A stretch of DNA of 64,000 bases from an uncultured Actinomycetes bacterium (lineage in GTDB: Bacteria > Actinomycetota > UBA4738 > HRBIN12), in the NCBI GenBank assembly GCA_963826185.1, contig CAWGVY010000003.1:69905-133904 (forward strand), given 5' to 3'. The notes beneath the pieces were generated by a model. That model was not told the DNA's origin. It searched no databases and saw only the letters and a program-made list of their open reading frames with translations. Of the stretch, positions 10,072-19,973 are shown piece after piece. The first letter of the stretch is position 1, and each line of letters begins with the position of its first letter. A program made the position numbers and the translations under genes.

Positions 10072-11106
10072 ATGACCACGAGCACCCCGATGCAGCTCGG
10101 CATGGTGGGGCTGGGGCGTATGGGAGCCAACCTGGTGCGCCGGCTGATGCGTGACGGACACCGGTGCGTGGTGTTCGACGTCAACGCCGACGCCGTCTCC
10201 GCACTGGAGGACGAGGGGGCCACCGGCTCCGCCTCGATGGCTGACTTCGTTGCCGCCCTGGAGTCCCCGCGGGCCGTGTGGGTGATGGTGCCCGCTGGGG
10301 ACATCACGCACACGACGATCGAGCAGCTGTCCCAGCATCTCGAGTCGGGCGACATCGTCATCGACGGCGGCAACACGTACTACCGAGACGATCTCCGGCA
10401 TGCGGCGGCCCTGAAGGAGCACGGCATCCACCATGTCGATTGCGGCACCAGCGGCGGCGTGTGGGGGCTGGAGCGCGGGTTCTGTCTGATGATCGGGGCC
10501 GAGGATGACGTCTTCGCCCACCTGGAGCCCATCTTCTCGTCGATCGCGCCCGGAGTGGGCGGAGCGCCCCGCTCTCGCGGGAGGGAGGGAGGGACCTCGA
10601 CGGCCGAAGAGGGGTACCTGCACTGCGGCCCCAACGGCGCGGGTCATTTCGTGAAGATGGTGCACAACGGCATCGAGTACGGGCTGATGGCGGCCTACGC
10701 CGAGGGGTTCAACATCCTGCACCACGCGGACGCCGGTTCGGTCGAACGTACCGCGGATGCCGAGACGGCGCCGCTGGAGCATCCGGAGTACTACCGGTAC
10801 GACATCGATGTGGCGGAGGTCGCCGAGGTCTGGCGGCGAGGAAGCGTCATCGCGTCGTGGCTCCTGGACCTCAGCGCGATCGCGCTCCACGCCTCACCCG
10901 ACCTGGACGCATTCGAAGGAAGGGTGTCCGATTCCGGCGAGGGTCGCTGGACGGCCATCGCGGCGATCGACGAGGGTGTGCCGGCGCCGGTCTTGACCAC
11001 GGCCCTGTACTCGCGGTTCGCGTCGCGTGACCTGGATCTGTTCGCCAACAAGGTCCTGTCGGCGATGCGGAAGGAGTTCGGCGGCCACGACGAGAAAGCC
11101 CCGTGA
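10072..11106 (+). CDS. gnd: 6-phosphogluconate dehydrogenase, short decarboxylating form
   Basis: N-terminal Rossmann motif [17 protein letters not shown], and [16 protein letters not shown]. About 344 aa long. Confidence 0.8.
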
Positions 11107-11762
11107 TCCGGATCGAGATCCTGGCCGATCCTTCGGCCGTCGCCGTGAGGGCTGCCGATGAGGTGGCGAGGTCGGCGGTCGACGCGGTGGCCCACGCGGC
11201 GCGTTTCACGCTGGCCGTGAGCGGCGGCCGGACCCCGTGGGCGATGTTCTCCCAGCTGGGGAGGCTCGATCTCCCATGGGATCGGATCGCGATCTACGAG
11301 GTCGACGAGCGCGTGGCGCCCGAGGGGGACACGGACCGCAACCTCACCCACCTGAGGGAGAACCTCCCAACCCGCGATCTGGCGGAGCTGCATCCGATCC
11401 CCGTGGACGACCCGGATCTGGAGGCTGCGGCCCGACGGTACGCATCCACGTTGCCGAGGTGTTTCGACCTGATCCACCTGGGTCTTGGGGCCGATGGCCA
11501 CACCGCTTCCCTGGTACCCGGCGATCCCGTGCTCGACGTGATGGATCGCGACGTCGCCGTCACCGCTCCCTATCAGGGCCACGTCCGCATGACCCTCACC
11601 TACCCCGTGTTGGACCGTGCCGCGAGGGTGCTGTGGGTCGTCACGGGGGTGGAGAAGCGCGCGGCGCTGGAGCGCCTCCGGGCCGGCGACCCCTCGATCC
11701 CCGGTGGCCGGGTCCGGGCGGCCGACCAACTGATCGTCTGTGACGCCGCCGCCGCGGGCTGA
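11103..11762 (+). CDS. pgl: 6-phosphogluconolactonase
   Basis: DevB/Pgl family sequence ([23 protein letters not shown]). The GTG overlaps the gnd stop. Confidence 0.8.
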
Positions 11763-11783
11763 CCGCCCAGGCGGTGCGCGTCC

Positions 11784-13100
11784 TCAGTTCTCGGGCGCGC
11801 GGCCGGGCATCTGACGCCCGGTGATCGGGCGTTCTCCCCGGCCGGTCCCCAGGAAGCTGAAGGTCCATCGCAGCAACGTGGAGAGCCGGTTGCGGAATCC
11901 GGTCAGGAACGTCAGGTGCACCACGAGCCAGAGCAGCCAGGCAGGCAGGCCTGACAGACGGATCGTCCCGACGCTGGCTACGGCCCGGAACCGGCCCACC
12001 GTGGCGAGACTCCCCAGATCCCGATAGCGGAACACGGGTGCGGGGCTCCCCTCCAAACGCGCGTGGATCGTGCGCGCCGCGTGGATCCCTTGCTGGATCG
12101 CGACCTCGGACACTCCTGGCAGCCCATCCAGGGTCATCATGTCCCCGATCGCGAAGACCTCCGGGTGGCCGGGCAGCGTCGTGTCGCTCAGCACCTCGAT
12201 CCGGCCGGCGCGGTCGCATGATGCCCCCGAGGCTTCCGCGAGCATCGCGGCCAGAGGAGACGCCTGGACCCCAGCGGCCCAGACCTTCGTGCGGCAGGGG
12301 ACGTACTCGGTCGAACCGTCGGACGCCGTCACCGTGATCCCCTGCTCATCGATCGCCGTGACACGGCGGCCCAACCGGAGCTCGACGCCCACCCGGCCGA
12401 GCTCCGAGGCCGCCGTGGTGGCGAGGCGGTCGCCGAAGTTCGCCAGGACCTCCGAGCCGCCGTCGAACAACAGCACCCGCGCGGTGGCCGCGTCGATCGA
12501 GCGGAACTCCAGCGGGAGCGTCCGGCGCGACAGCTCGGCGATCTGTCCGGCCATCTCCACCCCGGTGGGCCCCCCACCGACGATCGCGAAGGTCAACCAG
12601 CCCCGGCGCTCGTCGGGATCGGTCGCCACCTCCGCCATCTCGAACGCCCCGAAGATCCGCGCACGCAGATCGAGAGCGTCGGCGATCGTCTTCATGCCAG
12701 GGGCCAGGTCACGCCACTCGTCGTGTCCGAAGTAGCTCTGCTGGGCGCCCGCCGCGACGATCAGTGAATCGTACTCCGCCTCCAACGGCTCACCACCGGG
12801 CCGCTGGGCATGCACGGTCCTCGCATCCAGATCGAAACCGGTCACCTCGGCGAGTTCCACCCGGGCGTTGCGTTGGCTCCGCAGGATCTCGCGCGTCGCA
12901 CGCGCGATCTGGCCCTCGGAGAGGATCCCGGTGGCCACCTGGTACAGCAGAGGTTGGAAGAGGTGGTGATTGGTCCTGTCGATCAAGGTCACCTGGACCG
13001 CTGCCCGGCGGAGGAACCTCGTCGCCGGCAATCCGCCGAACCCGGCGCCGATCACGACGACACGATGGGGTCCTCGCCGCTCGGAGGCCTCCGTGGTCAT
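11784..13100 (-). CDS. ndh: type II NADH dehydrogenase (NDH-2)
   Basis: Motifs VVVIGAGFGGL and IVGGGPTGVE. It is a pyridine nucleotide-disulfide oxidoreductase with a C-terminal membrane-associating tail. Confidence 0.85.
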   Translation of the reverse strand: MTTEASERRGPHRVVVIGAGFGGLPATRFLRRAAVQVTLIDRTNHHLFQPLLYQVATGILSEGQIARATREILRSQRNARVELAEVTGFDLDARTVHAQRPGGEPLEAEYDSLIVAAGAQQSYFGHDEWRDLAPGMKTIADALDLRARIFGAFEMAEVATDPDERRGWLTFAIVGGGPTGVEMAGQIAELSRRTLPLEFRSIDAATARVLLFDGGSEVLANFGDRLATTAASELGRVGVELRLGRRVTAIDEQGITVTASDGSTEYVPCRTKVWAAGVQASPLAAMLAEASGASCDRAGRIEVLSDTTLPGHPEVFAIGDMMTLDGLPGVSEVAIQQGIHAARTIHARLEGSPAPVFRYRDLGSLATVGRFRAVASVGTIRLSGLPAWLLWLVVHLTFLTGFRNRLSTLLRWTFSFLGTGRGERPITGRQMPGRAPEN

Positions 13101-13789
13101 CGTGCGGTCGCGATCACACGACGCTCGACATCGTCGCCTCGACCGATCACGACCTCCGAGGTCATGGCCGGCGGGAAGAGGCCATGTGCGACGAGGCCTG
13201 GGATCGCGTCGAGCCAGGCAGCGAGTTCCACCGGATCGAGGAGATCGCCGACGTAGTCGGCGATCACACCCCCATCGGGGCTCTGAGGGACGTCCCGGAG
13301 GGTCACGTTCCCCAGGTCGCGCAACGTGGCCGCCAATCCGAACGCCATCAGCTCCAGGGGCACCGGGGGACGCACGCGTTCCACCAGCTTGCCACTATCG
13401 ACGATGACGACGAACCGATCCGCGGCCGCCGCGACGCGCTTCTCCCGGGTGTGGGCCGCTCCGCCGCCCTTCACGACCCATCCTGCGAGATCGACCTGGT
13501 CCGCCCCGTCGATGGCCAGATCGAGCCGGTCGAGGGATCCGGCTCCATCGAACGGCTCTACGGGCAACCCGAGGTCGCGCGCAGATCGGTCGGTGCGAAC
13601 CGAGGTGGCGACGCATCGCAGGTCGAGGTGTCGGTCGGCCAGCGGGGCCAGCAGGTATCCGACCGTGGATCCCGTCCCCAGTCCCAGCCGCATCCCATCC
13701 TCGACCAGCGAAGCAGCGAAGCTGGCCGCGGATCGCTTCTCCCGCTCGACCTCGGTGTCGGAGGGGTCCACGTCGCGGGACGCTACCAC
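13097..13789 (-). CDS. rpiA: ribose-5-phosphate isomerase A
   Basis: Motifs GLGTGSTVGY and DGADQVD. Its stop overlaps the ndh start (ATGA on the minus strand). Confidence 0.8.
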   Translation of the reverse strand: MVASRDVDPSDTEVEREKRSAASFAASLVEDGMRLGLGTGSTVGYLLAPLADRHLDLRCVATSVRTDRSARDLGLPVEPFDGAGSLDRLDLAIDGADQVDLAGWVVKGGGAAHTREKRVAAAADRFVVIVDSGKLVERVRPPVPLELMAFGLAATLRDLGNVTLRDVPQSPDGGVIADYVGDLLDPVELAAWLDAIPGLVAHGLFPPAMTSEVVIGRGDDVERRVIATAR

Positions 13790-13820
13790 AGCCCCCCGGG
13801 CGCGAAGGCCCTCGCCTCGT

Positions 13821-15761
13821 TCATCCGTCCTCAGCGCGGATCACGTGCATCAACGCGTTGATCTGAGCGAGGTGCGTGAAGGCCTGCGGGAAGTTCCCCC
13901 AGTGGCGCCCGGTGCGGGGATCGATCTCCTCGGCGTATAGCCCGAGCGGACTGGCCAACGAGAGCATGCGCTCGCACAGATCACGCGCGCGGTCGAGCTC
14001 ACCGATCTCCACCAAGGCGGACACCATCCAGAACGAACAGATCGCGAACGCCCCTTCGCCTCCGTCGAGACCGTCGTCCGTCTCCTCCACGTGGTAGCGG
14101 AGGATCAATCCGTCGTCGCTGAGCTCGTCCGCGATCGCCATGACGGTGGCTCGGATGCGTGGGTCGTCCGCCGGGAGGAACCGGAGCAGGGGGGCCAACA
14201 GGAGGGACGCGTCCAGCGACGTCGAACCGTAGATCTGCGTGAGGACCCCGCGTTCGTCCACACCGTTGGCCAGGATGTCCGCACGGATCACCTCTGCCTC
14301 AGCCTGCCACCGCTCGGCCAGCTCGGGCTTGTCCATCACCTCCGCCAGGCGCGCACCGCGATCGCAGGCCACCCAGCACATGATCTTCGACGAGGTGAAG
14401 TGCTGGGGCGCCCCGCGCATCTCCCAGATCCCCTGGTCGGGTTCGCGCCAGTGCGCGATGGCGCCCTCCACCTGCCGTTCCAACCCCGACCACGTCACAC
14501 CGCTCAGGAACTCACCGCTGCGCATGTGCAGGAACACCGAATCCAGCAGGGCGCCCCAGACGTCGTGCTGCGCCTGGCCGTGAGCTGCGTTGCCGACCCG
14601 GACCGGCCGTGAGTGCTCGTACCCGCTGAGGTGATCCAGCGTGATCTCCGCCAGGTCGGTTTCGCCTCCGACGCCATACATCACGTGCAGCGGCGAACCG
14701 TCGTGGATCTGGTCGGCGATGAAGTAGAAGAAGCTGTTGGCCTCGAAGTCGAAGCCGAGTGAATACAGCCCCCACAGGGCGAAGGTGGCGTCGCGCACCC
14801 AGCTGTAGCGGTAGTCCCAGTTCCGTTCCCCGCCCGGTGTCTCGGGGAGCGAGGTGGTGGCGGCGGCCAACAGAGCGCCCGTGGGCGCGTAGGTGAGGCC
14901 TTTCAAGGTGAGGGCGGCGCGTTGCAGGTGCGCGCGCCAAGGGTGATCGGGGAACTCACCCTTGTTGAGCCACCCACGCCAGAAGTCGGAGGTGGCGTGC
15001 ATCTTCTCCCAGGCCTCATCGGCGTCGGCGGGCGCTGGGAACTGGTCGCCGTCCCACGTGATCGCGGCGAAGGCCGTGTCGCCGTCCTCCAGGCGCGTGA
15101 AGGCCACCGCGCTCCGACCCTCGATGCCCAGGCGCATGTTGGTGGTGAGCCTGAGGTGAGTCTGGTCGCCGTCACCGCGCGCGATCGCCTCCGTGTATCC
15201 CTCGCCGGTGTATGCCCACAGGGCGTCGCGACGGCCATAATCGAACACCGGCTCGCAGTTCAGGACCAGGTCGACCTGCCCGTTGATGCAGCGGACCGCG
15301 CGCACGAGCATGTGCTCGGCCTGATAGTCGCCCGGGGGCCGACGGTACTCCTCGCGGCGGCCGTCCTCGTCGGTCCACGCACCCATCACGAGCGCGTCCC
15401 GCACGATCATCCAGCCGGTCCGGGTCTGCCACGTGGTCTCCAACACGTTCGTGCCCGGCAGGTAGCGGCGGCCCGCCGGGACCAGCAGCTCGGCGGGGCC
15501 GAGTCGGAAGGCCCCCGCGCCCCGATCCAGGATCGCGCCGAACACGCTGGGGCTGTCCGGGCGGGGGAGGCAAAGCCATTCGATGCTGCCGCTCGGACCG
15601 ACCAGGGCCGAGACCTCGCGGTCGGAAAGGAACGCGTACTCGCCGATCGGCGGGAACGGGCTCTGGCGACTCTGCAGCGGTGCAGCGTCGGCACGCGGGC
15701 CGACGGCGGACGGCACCCCGGGGAAGGGGATGATGGGGGAGGCGCTGGTCACGGCGAACAA
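13821..15761 (-). CDS. glycoside hydrolase family 15 (trehalase/glucoamylase-like)
   Basis: 646-aa ORF with GH15-type sequence (NWDYRYSWVRDATFALW, AICSFWMV, GNFPQAFTHLA). It sits next to otsB and otsA. The start is a TTG and is uncertain. Confidence 0.8.
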   Translation of the reverse strand: MFAVTSASPIIPFPGVPSAVGPRADAAPLQSRQSPFPPIGEYAFLSDREVSALVGPSGSIEWLCLPRPDSPSVFGAILDRGAGAFRLGPAELLVPAGRRYLPGTNVLETTWQTRTGWMIVRDALVMGAWTDEDGRREEYRRPPGDYQAEHMLVRAVRCINGQVDLVLNCEPVFDYGRRDALWAYTGEGYTEAIARGDGDQTHLRLTTNMRLGIEGRSAVAFTRLEDGDTAFAAITWDGDQFPAPADADEAWEKMHATSDFWRGWLNKGEFPDHPWRAHLQRAALTLKGLTYAPTGALLAAATTSLPETPGGERNWDYRYSWVRDATFALWGLYSLGFDFEANSFFYFIADQIHDGSPLHVMYGVGGETDLAEITLDHLSGYEHSRPVRVGNAAHGQAQHDVWGALLDSVFLHMRSGEFLSGVTWSGLERQVEGAIAHWREPDQGIWEMRGAPQHFTSSKIMCWVACDRGARLAEVMDKPELAERWQAEAEVIRADILANGVDERGVLTQIYGSTSLDASLLLAPLLRFLPADDPRIRATVMAIADELSDDGLILRYHVEETDDGLDGGEGAFAICSFWMVSALVEIGELDRARDLCERMLSLASPLGLYAEEIDPRTGRHWGNFPQAFTHLAQINALMHVIRAEDG

Positions 15762-15792
15762 GTGTATCCGCGGTTGCTTGCATCACTAGGAT

Positions 15793-16539
15793 TTGCGCAT
15801 GCGAGATGCGGGACGGCAGCGGCTGGCGGCGTTCGAAGCTGGACGGGGGCGCCGTGGCGTCCTGCTGGACTTCGACGGGACGCTGTCGCCGATCGTCGCG
15901 CGACCCGAGCTGGCGAAGATCCGTGACGGGGCCCGGGCCGCGCTCGGGCGGCTGGTTCAGCGCTACCCCGTCGTGGCGGTGATCTCGGGGCGCACCGACG
16001 CCGAGCTCCAAGAACTTGTGGGGGTCCCCGGGGTGCGGCTCACCGGGATGTACGGGATCGGGGGGCTGGCCGAGGTTCCCACGGAGCTCGGGCACGCCGT
16101 CGTGGTGGCGGCCCGTCGGATCCCCGGTGCTCGGGTGGAGCCGAAGGACGGATCGATCGCCGTGCATTTCCGCGGCGCCGCCGATCCCCAGGCCGCCGAG
16201 CTCGCGCTCCAGAAGGACCTGGGTCCCATCGCCGGGCGTCATGGGTTCGAGGTGGTCGCTGGCAAGCGGGTCCTCGAGCTGATCCCGGCCGGGCTCCCCC
16301 TGAAGGAGGGCGCGGTGGAGCGGATCGTGCGGGAAGAGGACCTGGAGGCCGCGCTGTACGCCGGCGACGACCTCGCGGATCTTCGAGCATTCGCCGCCCT
16401 CGATCGGCTGGAGGCCGAAGGTGTCCTCACCGTGAAGGTCGCCGTCCGGGGTGCCGAATCGCCGACGGAGCTCCTGAAGGCCGCTGATCTGGTCGTGGAT
16501 GGTCCGGCCGAGCTCGTGGTGTTGCTGGCCGGGCTCTGA
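15793..16539 (+). CDS. otsB: trehalose-6-phosphate phosphatase
   Basis: HAD motif I (LLDFDGTLSPIV) and a C-terminal GDDLAD motif. The start is either TTG 15793 or ATG 15799. Confidence 0.8.
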   Translation: MRMRDAGRQRLAAFEAGRGRRGVLLDFDGTLSPIVARPELAKIRDGARAALGRLVQRYPVVAVISGRTDAELQELVGVPGVRLTGMYGIGGLAEVPTELGHAVVVAARRIPGARVEPKDGSIAVHFRGAADPQAAELALQKDLGPIAGRHGFEVVAGKRVLELIPAGLPLKEGAVERIVREEDLEAALYAGDDLADLRAFAALDRLEAEGVLTVKVAVRGAESPTELLKAADLVVDGPAELVVLLAGL

Positions 16540-16559
16540 AGTCAGGGAACCGACGGATC

Positions 16560-18049
16560 TCAGCCGCGGCGCCGCGGCGGCGGCCGGACGTTGTCCACGG
16601 CTTCCAGCTGGCTCGCTAGCCACGTGGGAGGCGTGTGCGCCTGGATGCTCCGCGACAGCCCCCTGGCCCGTCTCTGGCGTTCGTCCGTGGGCATCTCCAG
16701 CGCATCGCGGATCGCCCCCGCGGTCTCCGCCAGATCGAATGGGTTCACGCCCAGGGCGTGCTTGCCCAAGCGCACGATCGCGCCCGCGTTGCGCGAGAGG
16801 ACCAAGACGCCATCACGGCGGTTCACCAGTGGACCCTCCATCGCCACGAGGTTCATGCCGTCGTAGGTGGGATTGACGAACAGGACGTCGTACAGACCGT
16901 AGGCCGCCACGGCGTATCCGTAATCCTCCTGCACCTTGACCTCGATCGGCCGCCAGGTCTTCGTGCCCAGCTCCTGGTTGATCCGTTCTGCCTCGCCCAA
17001 GCACTCCTCGGCGTAGGTCTGGTACTCGGGCACGTCCTCGCGGGAAGGACTGAACAGGCAGAGGAACTTCACCTTCCCCCGCCAAGAGCGGTTGCGCCGC
17101 AGGAAGAGTTCGTAGGACAGGAAGCCACGCAGGATGTTCTTGGAAGGCTCGAGGCGGTCGACCCGCAGCATGCAGCGCCGTGCCGTCGCGCCACGCCTCG
17201 AGCTCCTGACGGACGGCCGCTGGCCTCCTCGGTCGACGCGGTGTCGCGCAGGGGCTGGGCGTTCACCGCCACCGGGAAGGCAGACGGTCACGGGATGATC
17301 GTCCCGATCGTCGATCGCGGCCGGCCGCCGCGCAGCACCTTGAACTCGGGCAGGGTTCGCGCGGAGAGGAGGTAGTTCTCCGCCCACTGACGCGACTGGA
17401 AGCCGATCACGTCGGCGCCCGCCATGCCGCGCACGACCTGCTCGCGCATCCCCACGGGGAGGATCCTCAGGTACGTCACGCCGGCGAACGGCGTGTGCGA
17501 GAAGTGGACGATCTTGGCGTCGGGCACCATCTCGCGGAACATCCCCGGGACCAGGCACAGGTGATAGTCCTGGACGAGGTAGACGGGATCGTGGTCGGCC
17601 TCGTCGGCGAGCGTGCGAGCGAACTGCTGGTTCGTCTCGATGAAACGATCCCACGCCACCTCGTGGCGTCGTCGAAGATCGGGGCGCGCGCGGTGTCCCA
17701 CAGGCTGTGGTGAACGAACCACATGATCCGGTTCGCGATCTGGTTGTAGTAGCCGTCGTAGCGCTCCTGGGGCATCACGACGTAGCGGACGCGCTGACGA
17801 GAGTCCGGGTAGATGGGACGGCCCTTCAGGGCCACGGCGCGGTCGCCCTCGGTCAGCGCCGTCGCCACCCAGGTGGTGTCGTCTCGGAAGAACACCCCCG
17901 ATAGCGCCGTGACGAGGCCACGCCGTGCACCCGGCGACGCTGCGAGCCGACCGCTCGTTGCGCTCGAAGCTCACGGGTCCACGGTTGGACGCCACGACCA
18001 CCGGGGACTCCATGGCGCTCATGGACACGGAGGTTCCGCTTCGCGACAT
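16560..18049 (-). pseudogene. otsA: trehalose-6-phosphate synthase with a disrupted reading frame (real pseudogene or assembly indels)
   Basis: GT20/OtsA sequence is split over three frames:
- ESPVVVASNRGPVSFE lies in the frame of ORF 17288..18049.
- GLVTALSGVFFRDDTTWVATAL...HHSLWDTARAPIFDDAT lies in the frame of ORF 17476..17895.
- The sequence then returns to AWDRFIETNQQFA...DYHLCLVPGMFRE...HFSHTPF.
- Several short frame switches follow at about 17170-17340.
- The last ~200 aa are intact (RVDRLEPSKNILRGF..., ORF 16560..17654). Confidence 0.8.
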
Positions 18050-18060
18050 CGGCCGTCAGT

Positions 18061-19830
18061 CTAGGTGGCTGGGCCGGAGCTGACCGAGCGGAGTCGTGGC
18101 GACCCCGGACTAGTCCCGCGACGCGCGGGCCCGCCTGACCAGCCGTTTGACGTCTGCCGGCCCCAAGCGAGCGGCCCCCGCCGCTCCAACCAGGCGAAGA
18201 TCTCGGGCCTCATGCCCAGGGCGGTCACGCTGATGACATCGCGCGGACGCGAGTCGCGTAGCATGGACTTGAGGGCGTGAGCTCGTCGTCGTAGACGGCG
18301 CACATCCTCGACCCCGGCCTCACGCGCACCCGCGCGGAGGTGGTCGATGATGTCCTCGCGCGACCGTCCGCGCAGGTAGTGGACCAGCTCGGCGATCCCG
18401 AGGTGATCCGAGCCCACCGCCGCTCGGAACGCGAACGCGCGCAGGATGCTGTCGGTTCGGTCACCGGCGGTGCAGATCGCGATCCACACCTCGGCGCCCT
18501 TGCGCCGCAATCCGTTCAGCAGCTCGGTGAGGCCGGCGACCATGCCGGCCTCGTTGTGGGCGTAGTCGATCACGATGATGCGACCGTCGAGCCGGAACAC
18601 GTTCGCGCGCCCGGGGTTGCGCTCGGGATCGAGCACGAAGGTGCGGAGTCCGCGGATCGACGCCGCGTTCGGGCAGACCGACCGCGGCGCCGCCGCCGCC
18701 GCCGCCAGCACGTTCATGGTGTTGATGCTCGAGATGCCCGCGAGCGTCATCGGCACGTCCTCCAGGGCCGAGCAACGGGCGACTCCGGCGCCGCTCGAGC
18801 GAGGCGATACGCCCGTCCAGCACCGTCATGGCGCGGCCGCCGTCCGTTCAGCACGTCGCGGATCGACGGGATGATGGGGATCGAGCGACACGAACCACGG
18901 ACGGCCCGGTCGCGTGGCGGCGCATCGCCAGGACCCGCGGGTCGTCCGCGTTGAGCACGTCCCAGCCACCGCGGGCGCGTGATTCGGGTGATGATGCCCT
19001 TCACCTCGGCGAGCTGGTCCACGCTGTCGATCCCGTGCAGGCCCAGGTGATCCTCGCTCACGTTGGTGACCACGGCCACGTCGTTGTGCAGGACGCCGCA
19101 GCCGCGGAGCAGCAGGCCGCCTCGGGCGCTCTCCAGCACCGCGATGTCGGGCTGCTGGGCGAGCGCGAGGGCCGCCCCGCCGAACCCCGCTGTAGTCGCC
19201 GCGCCTGCACCAGTTCGCCGTCGTCCGCGGTACACACCGTCGGTGGAGGAGTACGCCACCGAACGGCCGCAACTTCGGACGATGTGCGCGCAGCAGGCGC
19301 ACGGTGCTGGTCTTGCCGTTGGTTCCGGTGACCTGGATCACGGGGACTTCGGGATCGGCAACGGTCGGCTCCGGGCCCGCGGTTCCACCCGGGCCAGTCG
19401 CGTGCCCGCGGCCGCGACGTACCGGTCCGGCGAGCGACCCGCGAGCATCGGCCCCATGCCGGCGGCCATCTCCGCGCGCGAACGCCTGGGCCGCGTCGCG
19501 GCGCCTCCAGGGGAAGGCGATCACGATCTGATCGGCCATCGGTCCGCTGCGAGCACGGACCGCGAGCCGCCGCGCTCCCGACTCGACGGCGATCCGGCGC
19601 GTGAGATGCGCGGCGATCCGCACGATCACGCGTCGGCGTTGCTCGGTGTCTGGGGCTCCGGGATGCAGGGCGTGCCGTAGACCCCGAGACGGCGCGGCCG
19701 CGGTCGCCACCCGGGCGTCGGTCGCCCGCATCCAGCCGGGGACCTCCAGGGTCAGCTTGACGTCGGGCGCGGGAAGTAGAGGTTCGGTCCATCGAGCACC
19801 CGGAGCTCGACGGGCGCACCCGTCGACCAT
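18061..19830 (-). pseudogene. cyanophycin-synthetase-like Mur-ligase family protein (N-domain plus Mur-ligase domain, no ATP-grasp domain), frame-disrupted
   Basis: Recognisable pieces lie in different frames:
- ELRVLDGPNLYFPRP and DVKLTLEV
- the P-loop VIQVTGTNGKTST
- STDGVY, ADDGELVQA
- AVLESARGGLLLRG...VVTNVSEDHLGLHGIDSVDQLAEVKG
- IVIDYAHNEAG...ICTAGDRTD

These pieces fall in track ORFs 18826..19830, 19058..19819, 18747..19259, 18461..18829 and 18061..18756. Confidence 0.7.
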
Positions 19831-19973
19831 CGGGTCAGGACGGCGGGGTCGCCGACCCGCGGAAGGTGAACGGGTCGATCCCGCCGCCGTCGAACGACCG
19901 ATCCGGGAGGCCCTCCTCCGGCGCCTCGCGCACCTGTGGGTCGGTCAGCGTACCCAGGCTGGCGGGACTCTAG

